Assembly (NCBI RefSeq): GCF_009914755.1
Contig: NC_060925.1
Length of the DNA: 64,000 nt
Origin: the human T2T-CHM13v2.0 reference genome, Homo sapiens
Strand: one strand, 5' to 3'
Part shown: positions 13,895 through 28,900 of the stretch, in pieces
Layout: every line of letters begins with the position of its first letter
Numbering within the stretch: the stretch's first letter is position 1
Notes under the pieces: model-generated
Seen by the model: only the letters and a program-made list of their open reading frames with translations
Told to the model about the DNA's origin: nothing
The model's database searches: none
Position numbers and translations under genes: made by a program

Positions 13895-14046
13895 CTTAGT
13901 TCACTTGGGCTGGTACAACAAAATTCCACAAACTGGGTGGTTTATAAACAACAGAAATTTGTTTCTTCAAGTTCTGGAGTCTGGGAAGACCAAGACCAAG
14001 GTATCCAGTGACACCAAATCTGCAGGTGTCTTGATCTTGGACTTTC
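13895..14046 (-). mobile_element. MLT1A-type LTR fragment with a short inverted piece
   Basis: ttagttcacttgggctggtacaacaaaattccacaaactgggtggtttataaacaacagaaattt…; 14010-14046 is the same LTR in the opposite orientation. Confidence 0.75.
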
Positions 14047-14833
14047 TTTCATTTTTTTGTCTTTTAATTCAATAGTTTTGGAGGTACAAGTGGTTTTCAG
14101 TCAGATGGATAAGTTCTTCAGTGGTGATTTCTGAGATTTTGGTCCACCCATCACCCAAGCAGTGTACATTGTAGCAGTGTAGAATGTATCCAATATGTAG
14201 TCTTTTATCCCTCACCTGCCTCCCATCTTTTCCCTCAAGTCCCCAAAGTCCATTAGATCATTTTTTTGTCTTTGCAACCTCATAGCTTAGCTCACACTTA
14301 TAAATGAGAGCATACAATATTTGATTTTCCATATCTGAGTTTCTTTACTTAGAATAATGAACTCCAGCTCCCTCCAAGTTTCCAAGTTGCTGCAAAAGCC
14401 ATTATTTCATTCCATTTTATGGCTGAGTAGTATTCCATGGTGTATATATTCCACATTTTCTTTATCCACTCATTGGTTGATGGGCATTTATGTTGGTTTC
14501 ATGTTTTTGCAATTGTGAATTGTGCTGCTATAAACGTGTGTGCGTGTGTCTTTGTCATATATTGACTTCTTTCCTTTGGATAAATACCCAGTAGTTAGAT
14601 TGATGGATCAAATGGTAGTTCTACTTTTAGCTCTTTAACAAATCTTCATACTGTTTTCCATAGTGGCTGTACTAGTTTACATTTCTACCACCAGTGTAAA
14701 AGTGTTCCCTTTTTACCACATCTATGTCATCATCTATTTTTATAATAGCCATTCTTGTAGGAGTAAGGTGGTATCTCATTGTGGTTTTAATTTGCATTTC
14801 CCTGATAATTAGTTACGTTGAGCATTTTTTCAT
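14047..14833 (-). mobile_element. L1PB 3' end (5'-truncated)
   Basis: aatagttttggaggtacaagtggtttt…gtggtgatttctgagattttggt…catcacccaagcagtgtac (L1PB 3' UTR) followed by the ORF2 end. Confidence 0.88.
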
Positions 14834-14839
14834 AAGATT

Positions 14840-15040
14840 GCCTTTCTGTAGTATTTACCCCATCATCTTCACTACTTGACAAATCTTTATTTTTATATTT
14901 GTCTGTTTCCTTCTGTTAGAATGTAAGCTCTTTGAAAGGCAGGGACTTAGTCTGTTTTGTTTACTGCTGTATGTCCCATGCCTATTCTCCCATGTAGTAG
15001 ATGCTCAGTAAATAGTTGCTAAATGAATAAATGAGTGGAT
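14840..15040 (+). mobile_element. L2 3' end
   Basis: ttagaatgtaagctctttgaaaggcagggact…gtagatgctcagtaaatagttgctaaatgaataaatga. Confidence 0.8.
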
Positions 15041-16069
15041 GGCTAATATACATGCATGGCTACCTCACCATCTTTTTTTGTATACAAAGCATGCCCTTTG
15101 TGCAGTTCTGCTATACTGAGGTAAATCCTTTTTAATTCCTCCTATCTGATTCTCTCCCACAGTAATGTATTGGAATCCAGGAAAAACTGCAATCCTTGGA
15201 ATGTACTTTAATCTAGCTCTTCAGACTTCCTCTGATCCTGCTTACTGTATTTCACTTGGGGAATTAAGTTATCTGAATTCAGTGCAACATTGCAAGTCTC
15301 TCCCTGTTTGTGTTTGGAAGTTGTAGTCTCTGAATGAATGTAGGAACACTAGGATAATCCCACAAAGTAGCAATTCCAGAGGAAAAAAAAATAGCCCCTC
15401 ATTTTCCTGGTTTGTACAAAACAATTATTTGAGCCAGAAGCCATTTGACTGAAGAAGAATTTAGATTTTTTTATCTTTTCTCAGATGGGAAGAATTGCTT
15501 ATCTTCTTGAAACAAAGCATGAGTAAGATATCAAATACATTTCTCAATTAATGGAAAATCTACTCTGGTTCTAACAAAAGATTAACAATTATAATGTTCA
15601 GTGTTGTATGTTTTTATTATTTTATTGTTTATATTTATGTTCTCAGTATGTTTTCTAGAAAATATGCTAAGCTGGTTATCATCTATTAACCAGATAACTT
15701 TTTCAAGCTGAAGTCAGAATTTGTCATGAAGAAACTAGTAAACATCTGTTAGTGATGTTAAAGAAAAACATTCTGCATCCGATTTCTAGATTGAATTAGG
15801 TGAAATTTAAATTTTCTTCCAACTTTCATATGCTCTTGAAAGTAAATATATCTAAAATTTATTCGAAGAAAACATGTTTAGCAAATATAAAAACATTGCC
15901 TTACATTTACTTGTTTCTTTAGCATTCACATATTACCTGCACAAACACTAGGCAGAAGCTGCTAATTGCTCACCTGAATGTCAGAATTGTGATTTTGTTG
16001 GGTTAGGCAATGTGCCCATCTTGAAAATTACATTACCCCATTTCTGATGCTGTTAGGCCTTTTCCCCTC

Positions 16070-16292
16070 CTCCTAGATGGAGAAGCCAACTTGTGACTAA
16101 ATAAGCTCAAAGTAAGAATGCAGGAAACAGTAAAAGAAACCTGGGTTCAGGAAGGATTCATGGAATTTCTGTACCCACCCTGGACTACCAACTTCTGGTA
16201 CTGTCATGTGAAAAATAGCAAATTCCTTATTTGCTTAAGCCACTTTTGTGTGTGTGTGTGCGCTATTACTTGCAGCCAGAAGCAATCCTAGC
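16070..16292 (+). mobile_element. Old MaLR LTR (MLT1J/K-like) fragment
   Basis: ccctggactaccaacttctgg…tgcttaagccactt…ttacttgcagccagaagcaatccta. Confidence 0.55.
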
Positions 16293-16949
16293 TTTTTCAC
16301 ACTGTACATAAAAAATATATTATATATATTTCTCCCCTATGCCGTTTTAAAAATACTGAAGAGCTAATAGAGAGTAAGGATTAATTACTAAGCCAAAATT
16401 GAAAAAGAAAACAAGAACCTGGAGAGATAGTTGAGCACAGAAGCTGCTTTTGGTCTTAAGGCATTTGTTAATACTGGAAATTCAGAACCTACGTCTTGGT
16501 TGCTTGTAGGGCAACAGTGACAGAAGCCCAGAGCAGGCAACAAGTGGGGCTTACCCCCCGCAGTGAGCTAGGACCATGGTAGGTTACATCCTCAGGGTAA
16601 AAGTGAACCAGAAATAGTATAGCCCTTTCAAGGAATTGCAGCCCCTTTTCAAGTTGTCTAATCAGGAAATCTCAACTTGACTTAAAATGATTTCAGGCTG
16701 ATAATCCTACCAGTCACCCAGCAGGAGCAACTGCAAAACTACTATGTCAGAACTGACCTTAACATAAACTCCTCAACACATTGAAAAACAACTTTTCAAT
16801 TATAATTACCAACATGTTTAAAAACAGTCAAGCCTACAAAAGTTGATGGTGACAACCAGCAGAGACAAAGACAAAACAAAGATCCACAGGATCTCATATA
16901 ATGGAAGTATTGGAGACAAGTTATAAAACATCTGTATTTTGAATATGTA

Positions 16950-16997
16950 CTGGGCAATAAGAGTGAAACTCCATCTCAAAAAAAAAAAAAGAAAAGA
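16950..16997 (+). mobile_element. Orphan Alu 3' tip plus poly(A)
   Basis: ctgggcaataagagtgaaactccatctc followed by an A-tail. Confidence 0.8.
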
Positions 16998-18160
16998 AGA
17001 TAGTATAAAGCTTAAAATGAGGGGGAGAAACTGTCATTCTCAGACAACATGAAGAAAACTACAGATAAATCATGAGGATTAATGACAGAGTCTAACAATG
17101 TTTCTATATACAAAATCAATAAACAGATGTAACCCATTTTCCTATACAACAGTAACAAACAGGAAAAAAATACCATGTACACAGTAACACCAACAATATC
17201 AAATACCTCGAATAAATTTTGAAAAGAGATGAAAAAAAAGAAAACCTCTGCCAAAAATATCCCTATAAAATCATTGTTGGGAAATTTTACAGGAGACAAA
17301 AATATATTGAAAAATAGGTGTGTCCATGGATTAGAAGGCTAAATATTGTAAAGAGGTCAATTCTCCATAAATTGATCCACAGATTTAATGCTATTTCAGT
17401 TAAAAACCTCTTCTTGTTTTTGATTGTTTATTATTTCTGTGAAACTTGACAAGTTCATTCTAAAATTTATAAGTAAAGCCCCCAAAGAAGAACAGCGTGG
17501 AAGGGAATTGTTCTACCTTATATCAAGATTTATTGTCATGTAGTAACAATAGAGATCGCAGGGCAGTGGTGCTTGGGTAGACAAAATAGATAGACTGAGT
17601 AAAATAGAATTCTCACACAGAGACTCATGTATACACAGACATTTGATTTATGTAAGTGGTATTATAGCCAAGTGAAAGGGAAAGTTTTACTTTTCAATAC
17701 ATAATGTTATAACATTTGAGTATGTTTTGGGAAATAAATATTGTAACTCATTCCATAAAAAAATAATTCCAGGAGTATTATAGACCTACATATTAAAGAT
17801 TTTAGTAGTTCATTAACAGACTATCTTCTTGATTTCAGATCTTGGAAAACTCTTACACCAGACACAAAAAGCCATAACTATAAAGAAAGAAGTTAATCAA
17901 ATGCACATCATTAGGATTTAGAGCTTTATGATGTCATTTAGAGATATCATAAAGAAAATAAAAAGTGATAGACTGTATTTGTCAGAAAAAAACTGGCAAA
18001 GAAAACATATCCAAAAGATATTTTTAAAAATCTGCATACAATGAAAAACAAAAATGACAAGAACCTTCATAGAAAAACTGGCAAAGGATTTGAGCAAGCA
18101 CACCGCAAAACAGACTATTCAATGGCCCATAGATGTATGAGAAGGTGATCATCCTCATTA

Positions 18161-18475
<315 letters not shown>

Positions 18476-18841
18476 TGTTTAGAAAATGCAAAGTAAAACT
18501 GAAATGAGGTATCACAAACCAACAACCACATTTGTTGCAATTAAATAGTCTCACACTACAGAATATGTGGAGCAATGGGAATTCTCACACATTGCTGGTA
18601 CTACCACTTTAGAAAACAGTTTGATGTTATATAGTAAAATCAAAATATTCATTATCTATGACTAGCACTTCCACTCCTAGGTACACACCCTAGAGAAACT
18701 AGTGCGCATGTGTACCACAAGACATGTATGGGAATATTCTTAGAAGCCTGATTAGAATCCCCAGAAACAAAAACTGACCTAACTATCTGTAATCTTTGAA
18801 ATGCCTAAGTCATTGTGGTATTTCCACATGCTAAATTCCCT

Positions 18842-19005
18842 GCACTTTGGGAGGCCAATGCAGGTGGATCACCTGAGGTCGGGAGTTCGAGACCAGCCTG
18901 ACCAACATGGAGAAACCCCGTCTCTACTAAAAATACAAAATTAGCCAGGCATGGTGGTGAATGCCTGTAATCCCAGCTACTTGGGAGACTGAGGCAGGAG
19001 AATCA
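18842..19005 (+). mobile_element. Internal AluSp fragment (no head, tail or TSD)
   Basis: 164 nt colinear with 18210-18373, with 8 mismatches. Confidence 0.9.
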
Positions 19006-22000
19006 ACAGAAAAAAGGGAACAGAAAAAAGAACTACATTTATATATCATACACAGAGGACTCTTAAAAATATCATGTTGAGTGAAACAATCAAGCTCTAG
19101 AGAAAGGACACATCGGGAGGTTCTGGTAGGCTGGCAACCTCCTACTTTTTGACCTGAAAATTACTCTGGAGTTACCCGTGTTGTACCTTATTAAATTATA
19201 CATCTGTCTCTGTATTTTTGAATATGGGTGATTATATTTTACAATTTTAAAAGCAAAATAAAAATATAAGTAAAACCTTATATTTGTCTTGTAGGTTCAT
19301 TATTCTTAAATATGTGGGGATTGGATACATTCGTGTGCAAAAGATATCTGATAAGCCAGAGAAATAACTCAATTTAGGACAACTTTCTAGAGTTTCAATA
19401 TTTATAATGGGGAGAGGAGGAAAGACATCAATGCAAGTATGGAGGCCTTTGGAGGCAGTGAACAGATTTAAATGGTAAATAATTAAAATACACATGATTC
19501 AATGTGCAATTACAATGTGATGATTTTAAAAATAAATAAAATTTTAAAAACACCACACATGATTATATTACAGAATGACACCTTAATTCACATGAATTAA
19601 AAATAAAATACAAGTCTTCAACTAAGTTTATCTCTTTTGTAGATATAAATTTATTATCCTCTTATGAAAAATGGAAAAGTTTGACAAGTACTGCTGAATG
19701 GAATGGGACACCATTAAAACGTGATCATAGGTGTATAATATGCTGAGGTTTGCATTTTCGACAATTACTCTGGCAATAGAATACAGTGATTAATCACATA
19801 CAAAACTGGAGACAGGGCTAACAGTTGGAAGGATTTTGCAGTATTCTCAATGAGAAGAGATTAGGGCATTGTGACATAAATGAGAGGATACCTCAAAAAA
19901 TTAGCAGGACTCAGGGGCCAATAGGAGAGGTAAATAAGAAAAGTGTCTTGGGTGTCTGGATGAAACTAATAAAGGAATACAGGAAGAACGTTTTTTAGGA
20001 AAGATAAATCATGTGAGGTCATATGGGAGTTGGGAGGCATTAAAATGATATTTCCACCAGCAGCTCTATGACAGTTTAGAGAGAGTATTGGGTGTCACTA
20101 GCATTACATAAAATTTAAAGTCTTGGTAACAGTAAGAGTATACAGAGCAAGTCCAATTTTTTTTTAAGTCATACCATGTACTCCCTTCTACCATATCAAT
20201 TATATCTGAGGTCTTTAAAATGAGTAATGGATATCCTGTTTGATACACTAAGACTTCTCTATTGCATAGTTTTTTTAAAAATATTGTCCAAGTGCTAAAC
20301 TGCCATATAAACTCTTTCCTAAAGTTGGTCTACCTCAGAAAACACCATGCTGTTCTCCTTTCTCATCTGCTTATTGGCAATCACCTTTCCCTTTATAAAA
20401 GACAGATATAATTTTCAGACACCTTGACTTGTTGCAGTAGGCAAGATCCCCAAATGCAATCTAAGATTTAATATGTTGAATTTTGACCAACTGGCTTCAA
20501 TTAACTAGGATCGATTTATCCTCCTCGGATAGAGTTATGTTAGTCAAATTCAAAATTGTAAATTTAAGTTTTAATCGTAAAAAATTATCAATTTCTTGGT
20601 AAGAATTCTTGTGTCAATTTCTCTTTTTTTATATTTTTAAAGTACTTTGAGTGCCATTTCAAACAGTTTTGGCATAAACATATAAGTTTTTACTTGTAAT
20701 TAATGGGCAAACTCCAAATGTAAATAATACCTAATTTTATAGAGTTACTTTTACTCCTTCATCATATAAGTTTTACTGGATAAACAAAGTGGTTTTAAGT
20801 GAATGAGCAAGGTATACTTTAGAGTCATTTGCTATGTCTTGGTAATATTTTTTAATATACTTCTATGAAATTGAGGAAACAGATGACCATAAGGTCTAAT
20901 CAACAGTTTTTTAATAAAGGCAAAATTCATGGCATTTTAATTTTTATATACATTTTAGAAATAGATTGTCAAGTTGCTCAAATAAATATTTTGGATTTTT
21001 ATCAAGACCGTCTTGAATTTATAGGTGAGTTCAGGAGAACTAACATTTTTTTATTATTGAGTGTTTCACTCCAAAAAAAGTATTACTCCCTTAGTATAAT
21101 ATCGAGAACTTTATTTTATCTCATTAAAATGTTTAACTTTTACTGTCGAAGTCCTGCACAACTCTAAGTTAATTTCTAGGGCCTGCAACATTTTTTATAC
21201 TGTTGCAAATAAATACAGCTACGTTAGTTTCTTTTGGCTAAGTTTTTGTATGGTTTACTATTTCTCTTATCTATACTTTTAATATTCAAAATCTTCTGTG
21301 AATAGGATGAAATTAATTTTTAAATATCATGTGTTAATCCTTGCATTTTAACTATATAACTTAGTCAATATAAATTCATGTAATTATATACATAATATAT
21401 ATTATATACAGTATGCATATTATATATTTTAAATATATATCTTCCATTTCCTTGTATGCTTTTAATTTGTTCTACCTGTTATGTTTTCTTTTCCTCTTTT
21501 TTTTCTATGAGAAAATGCAGAGACTTAGAATACTCTAGATCTATGTAAGCTTTTCGTGACTTACATGCCATTTTTATCATGTTTCTTTTTCGATACTTTT
21601 ATCAGGGTCCGATCTACTGCTAAACCTATCTATGTAATCATTCCATTACATAATTTTTAGATAGTTCCTCTTCAAATATGCAAACCTAAATCCCTTGAAA
21701 ACATTGGTTCCACTTTTATCTCCATGAACAGTTACAGAGTGCTTGTTTTATTCAGGTATCCAATATCTAGAGTTAATTTGGATCTGTTTCTGTCTATTAA
21801 TTCTGCTGATTCTCATTTGTGTGAACTTAACTCATTACATGTATTGTGATTTTAAGTTATTTGCCAGCCAATTTTATTTGAAAAATTATCTTTGTCTAGA
21901 ATACTCCCTCAATAAATATTTGTTCAATTATCAAATTTTTAGTTTAGCTTAAATTTGATTGATAAATATGGATGAAAATGTAGCTATCTCTCTCTTATAT

Positions 22001-22830
22001 GTGCATGTACATAAACATATATGTGTGTAGATACATGTATATGTATATCATTATATATACTTTTGAAATTGTTATTGTGTTATGATGGTAATGAGTAGCT
22101 GGTCAACAATAGAAAACAACATTATTTCCATTAAATCTAGTCATATTCCTTTCTAATCAATACAACATTTGGTTTCGGTGTTTAAATAACATTAAGACGG
22201 TTATTCAAACGACATGTTGATTACATCTAAAAATCTGCTTTTCATGAAATAATGTTTAATTTACTCTGATTTGCATGCCATTTTAAATAACTTACAAAAG
22301 ACTCAGCACAGACTGAATAAATTAAAGATATTTTTATAAGTGGCTTTTGCCATTTTATGGCATTTTAAGGTTTAAATTTTGCTATGAATAATATTTGCAG
22401 AGGCAAGTAGATGTCTGAAATTTAAATATCATATTAAAATATTACTTCACTGTATTTTATGGCATATTAGGGAATATATTTCATTTCTGTCAACTTTTTT
22501 ATAAAAATAAATTTTAAACTCTACTTTGTGTCCTTGTTATTCCTGTGTGTCTAAAGTCATGTCAGAAATTCACTGCACTAGGAAATTCACATCCATAGAA
22601 TGTGACATTAAAGAGTCAAACACTATATATTGTGGTTGGGTAGAATGTGGTTTAAGAACTTGGACATGAGGGAAATTAGTAAGAAATGGTATATGAGGAA
22701 AAAGTCATGGTCCATACTAGGGACAGTAAGATCAATCACATGGATTCAGACCAAACTCAGAGACTACAATTCAGAATTAGTGAGAATTAGGACAGATGAA
22801 GTGATGGAAATTGTGGAAGCTGTTGAATAT

Positions 22831-23047
22831 CAGGGATGAGGATTTACTTTTCTATAAAGGGCCTGAGAGTAAATATTTTAGGTTTTGCACGCTACATAAT
22901 CTCTGTCACAGCTACTCCACTCTGCCATTGTAGGGTCAAAGCAGACATAGACAACACAGAAAGGAATGGGTGTATTTGTGTTCCAATAAAACTAATTACA
23001 AAAGCAAGCTGGATTCGGGCTGTGAGCCAGTCATTCACCAGCCCCTG
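22831..23047. mobile_element. MER58A hAT-Charlie non-autonomous DNA transposon
   Basis: caggg…cccctg termini; body taaagggcctgagagtaaatattttaggttttgca…gtgttccaataaaact. Confidence 0.8.
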
Positions 23048-23668
23048 CTGTAGGGGCTCCAAAACCCCCAAGGTCTAACTGGTTCATCAAAGAGCTGAGT
23101 CCACTTCCAATGTCAAAAGAGAGAGAATTGAAAAGCTTCTTTTTGCCTGAGGCAATTTTGCTTTATTTGCTGCTGCATCCTGGTCCTCCACGGTCCAGTG
23201 CAGGTTACCTCGAGGATGCTGAGGCTCTCTCCCTCACTTGGAGCCTGACACAGACTCCAGTAGTGCCCCACCTTGGGACTGCCAGGTTAGAGCTCTATTA
23301 TTTCACAATCTTATGCTGATTCATGGTTCCTCAAAGCACAACACCATACAAGGTGCTACAGCTGAGGAAATGGGAGAGGAGTTTCAAATCTATCTTCCCA
23401 ATCGATCAAAATAAGGGGTTTATATAGTGGGGAAGGAATGTAGCTAAAGTGCAGGAAAACAAGAATTGGGGAGGGGTAGGTAAGAGGAGTTGGTCAATAG
23501 GCAGCAGGTGGTTGGTTAGGCAATCATGATGAATAACGGGTCTGGTGTCTCCTGGTCCAGAAGCAATGATCTAGTAAATTTCAGTTCCTTGATACTACTT
23601 GGGACTCCTGATAGTCGATTTCCTGAGAAAGGAATGCAGGAAATTATCATCTCCATTGCTATCATCTT

Positions 23669-23716
23669 TATCTATCTATCTATATTTCTATCTATCTATC
23701 TATCTATCTATCTATC
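23669..23716. repeat. (TATC)n / GATA microsatellite, imperfect
   Basis: Seen directly. Confidence 0.92.
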
Positions 23717-23759
23717 CAGATAAGACAAATATGTTTCTCAACCTTTAAGACTGAATGGG

Positions 23760-24611
23760 TCACAATGAGATACCATCTCATATCAGTCATAGTGGCTATT
23801 TAATAATAAACAATAATTACATAATATTAATTTAATAAAATATATTGCTCTAATATTAATTATATATTAATATACTGTTTTAAATTAATAATTCTAAAAT
23901 AATAAAATGGCTTTTTAATAAAAGTAAAAAATAACAGATGCTGGTGAGGCTATGGAGAAAAGGGAATACTTATACACTGTTGGTGGGAGTGTAAATTAGC
24001 TCAACCATTGTGGAAAATATTATCGTGATTTTTCAAAGAGCTAAAAGCAGAACTACCATTCAACCCAGCAATCCCATTACTGGATATATACCCAAAGGAA
24101 TATAAATCATTCTACCATATAGACACATGCACGTGAATGTACATTATAGCACTATTCACAATAGCAAAGACATGGCATCAACCTAAAGGCCCATCAATGA
24201 CAGATGGGATTTTTAAAATGTGGTGCATATGCACCATGGAATACTATGCAGCCATAAAAAAGAATGAGATCATGCCTTGCAGGAACATGGATGGAGATGG
24301 AGACTATTATCCTCAGCAAACTAATGCAGGAATAGAAAATCAAATACCTCATGTTGTCACTTGTAAGTGGGAGCTAAACAGTGAGAACTTACGAACACAA
24401 AGAAGAAACAACAGAAACTGGAGTCTACTTGAGGGTGAAGGGTGGGAAGAGGGAGAGGAGCAGAAAAGATAACTATTAGATACCAGGCTCAATTCCTAGA
24501 TGGTGAAATAATCTGTCCCACAAACCCTTGTGACATGAGTTTACCTATGTAACAAACTTTCACATGTAACCCTGAATTTAAAATACAAGTTTTAAAAAAT
24601 AAAAAAAAAAA
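23760..24611 (+). mobile_element. L1PA15/16-like 3' end with poly(A) and an internal AT-rich expansion
   Basis: ORF2 end plus 3' UTR gagggagaggagcagaaaagataactatt; flanked by ttaagact at 23745-23752 and 24614-24621. Confidence 0.88.
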
Positions 24612-26309
24612 CATTAAGACTAGGAGGTTCAATTTCTATGTTTATTAAACTGTAAATATCAATTGTGTGAGACAATTGGGCTGGTTTCACTTTCTTACAT
24701 GAGGATCCTAGCTTTTTAAATTAAATCAAACAGATTCATTTTTCAAAATACCAGAGCAAACAACTTTTGTGGCTTCCTTGGCCTTAAAAGTCTTCCTCAG
24801 GGTTGTTGGGTCCTATTCTATTTACATTTGCCTAGATCAACTCTTTTTAAAGTAAAGATCTGCTCCAAGATGACTTCTCTCTTTTCCTGTAGAATGAACT
24901 TGCAATTTGTCTTCATAAAAATAAAATTTAGCCTTGTTCAAAAGAAACCCTTATTCAGGTGTGAGCTCATTTTCCTGGAATGCAAGAAGTCCTTTCTGGA
25001 AGGGCTAGACATTCTAAATTGAATAGAAGCTCAAGTTTTTAAAATGCAAATTAAACCAACACTTTGTGTATTGATTCTTTTTAACTTGCCAGTGCCCTAC
25101 TTATCTTTATTCTGGCATCACCTCACACCTGCTGGCTTCTCACACAACTTGCACAATTCACCAATCAAAATCTGCCAGCTGCAGTTAACCCCAGTGAGCT
25201 GCACCCACGGGCAAGACATATGTGCCTGCAAGTAGAGAAACTCCAGAATTACTATATAAGAGGGGTTGATGGGCATCCTTGTCATCACCTCTCCATGCAA
25301 GTTGTGGGTGGCAGCAAATTATGCAGTGGTGAGTAACTTGTGTTACGGCTTAATTTGTAGTCTATTGTGATGCGTCTCAGGATGATGGCATAGTAAGACT
25401 GATTATAGCTTGAAATCAGATACTGATTGGTAACACTTCATACTTTACTCCCACAGAAAAAATCTTACAACATCGTTAGTATTATTCTATATTGCTTGCA
25501 CTTTATAAAGTGTATATTGCACAGAGATTTTTGTTTATAAGTGAAAGGAACTCACAAACAAGTAACTTAGGCAAAAATAGTTGGGAGAGGAGGTGATTAC
25601 TAACTCATATACTGAACCTCAAAGGTTGAACAGAAGGTTGTGTTGGAGCTCTTCTTCTAAGTAATTGAACTCAGGGACTAAAAGCTCTTGAGAATTTCTA
25701 TATCTCATCTCTTCTCTATTAATGCCAGTTTTATTCTCTTTCACAAGTGTAAGACTTTCTTCATTTGCTTGAGGCGACATGAACATAGGCGGCTTTGGTA
25801 CTTACATCTGTACAGCTTTGCCACCAGAAAGAGAAGGACACTCTTCTCCTTTGATTCTAGTTAGAAAACTCCTGGGTATTCAGATAGGCTCCTACTGGTT
25901 TCGTGATCATCTCTGGACAAATCTCCATGGCCAGAGGATATAGGGTAGCATAAATGATAGGCTTCACTTCAGTTGTGTGCTCACCCCACTATTAGTGTGG
26001 TGCAATCTAACAGAAAATGTCCGGATGTCTCAGGACCACATATTAGCTTGTATTTGGAAGAGAGGACCTCTCTCAAAAGAAGGGGTCATTGCAAACCAAA
26101 GCGACAGATATTTCCTATATGTGGAATCAAAGTCAAAGTTTTATGAAAGAACATTTTATTGAATGATAAATTAATAACATACAATTGCATGTGAAAGGCA
26201 AGTCAATGAATCTGAGAATTCTAAAGATTAAGTGAGCATAGTCTCCCTATTTGCAGAGACAGGACTAGAGATTCTCTGTTGTTTGTGACTCCACATCTAT
26301 ATGAAATCA

Positions 26310-26637
<328 letters not shown>

Positions 26638-26748
26638 GAAATCGAGTTTGTGTTACTGTTATGTATCAAAAAGGAGTCCAGTATAAATAGAGTCATTTTT
26701 CAACTATCAATGAACAAATCTATATCAAAGGAGTAACTAAAGGGTTAA

Positions 26749-27074
<326 letters not shown>

Positions 27075-27429
27075 AATTTTTATGTATTTTATATACTGCT
27101 GTGAAATTGAAATAAACTTTAATTCTATATGTTTTATTTTAAAGTTATGAAGTGTCTTAATTTTAGGAATAACCTTGCTTCAGCTCTTTTGATAGGAGCT
27201 TCGATAACAAATAGTATACATGAAAGTTTTATGAGTGTTAGCAAAGGTGGTTTTTCATATCCAGGAAGGTGTTTTCTTTCATTAATTTATTCTAAAATCA
27301 TTTGGACTTTTGCCCCAATTTTTCTTACAATTGGTTCTGAAACATAATGTCTATCATCACAACAGTCAAATTAAGAGAGGGTGTAAAGAAAAATTGTATT
27401 TTAATGTGACAAATAAAAGTCCCAGCCCA

Positions 27430-27893
<464 letters not shown>

Positions 27894-28287
27894 TCAAAGG
27901 GGAAGCAAATCTTTAGTAGAATTTAAGATGCAATATTTAAGAGAAGGCATGGGACTAGAAACTGCGGAGAGAAGAGGGGACAATAAAGATCTACTTTACT
28001 GAAGCATATTTCTCAGCAGCTCCTAAGAGATGCTCAAAATTCCCATGTTGTACTAATCATAATACATAATCTAACTTGCAACCAATGGATAATTACTAAA
28101 GTATTGAGAGAATGCACTTCTTGTTGGAGCCGATGGCATTCTCATAGTGTCAGGAGAGAGAAAGGGAGAGAGACAGGGTGCTTATTCATTTATATAAATT
28201 ATAAAATCAGTAATTGAACATTCAAAACATTTATGTTGTTCCAGTGTTATAGTCATCACTGTAGAAGGAAGGGTAAAAGGAATGAAA

Positions 28288-28900
28288 TTTATTTATTCAA
28301 TAAAGATTCGCTGAACTCTTGATATGTACAAAATACTATGTTAAGGGTTCAAAAAGGAAGAAAAGGTGAATTAGATATGGCTTATACTTTCAAGAAGAAA
28401 AATATTATTGGGGGTAAATAAGACAATCAAGGCAAAATTTTTATACGTGATCTACAAAAATGTCCAAAGAAAGCTCTAAAGGATCACATAGGAGGGAAAG
28501 TTTGAGGAAATCTCATAAGGAGGTTACTTTGGTTTGAAATTTGAAAAATCATTAAAGGAAGAGTACAAAAAAGGCTTTGATGCAAGAGAATATGGTTTAT
28601 AAAATGCCATGTAGCCTAGGATGTCTGGAGTTAGTGTCTGTACAGGAAGGAGAGGTAAGATGGAAAGATTGGTGGAGGCCAGACAGAGGCCCTTATATGC
28701 CAGGCTAAAGACTGAATACAATTTTATAGGCAATGAAGAATCATAAAGCACTTTTGAGCAAGAGAGTGGCATGATCAAAATTTTGCTTTAAGAGAATGTT
28801 CATGGCGCAAAGTTATAGACTTGATCAGAAAATGGAAGATTCATAGTTAGGGAAATTAGCCACTATGCTATGATACTGTCACTGAAATAATGAAGTGAAC
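28288..28900 (-). mobile_element. L2 LINE fragment
   Basis: tttatttattcaataaa…ggcccttatatgccaggctaaagact…ttttgagcaagagagtggcatgatcaaa. Confidence 0.7.

Larger units (their letters stand above)
23355..24689 (-). mobile_element. ERV1-class solo LTR (LTR26-like), split by a (TATC)n tract and an L1
   Basis: Minus strand begins tgaaaccagcccaattgtc…aataaacatagaaattgaacctcc; the sequence resumes across the L1 at a duplicated ttaagact. Confidence 0.65.
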
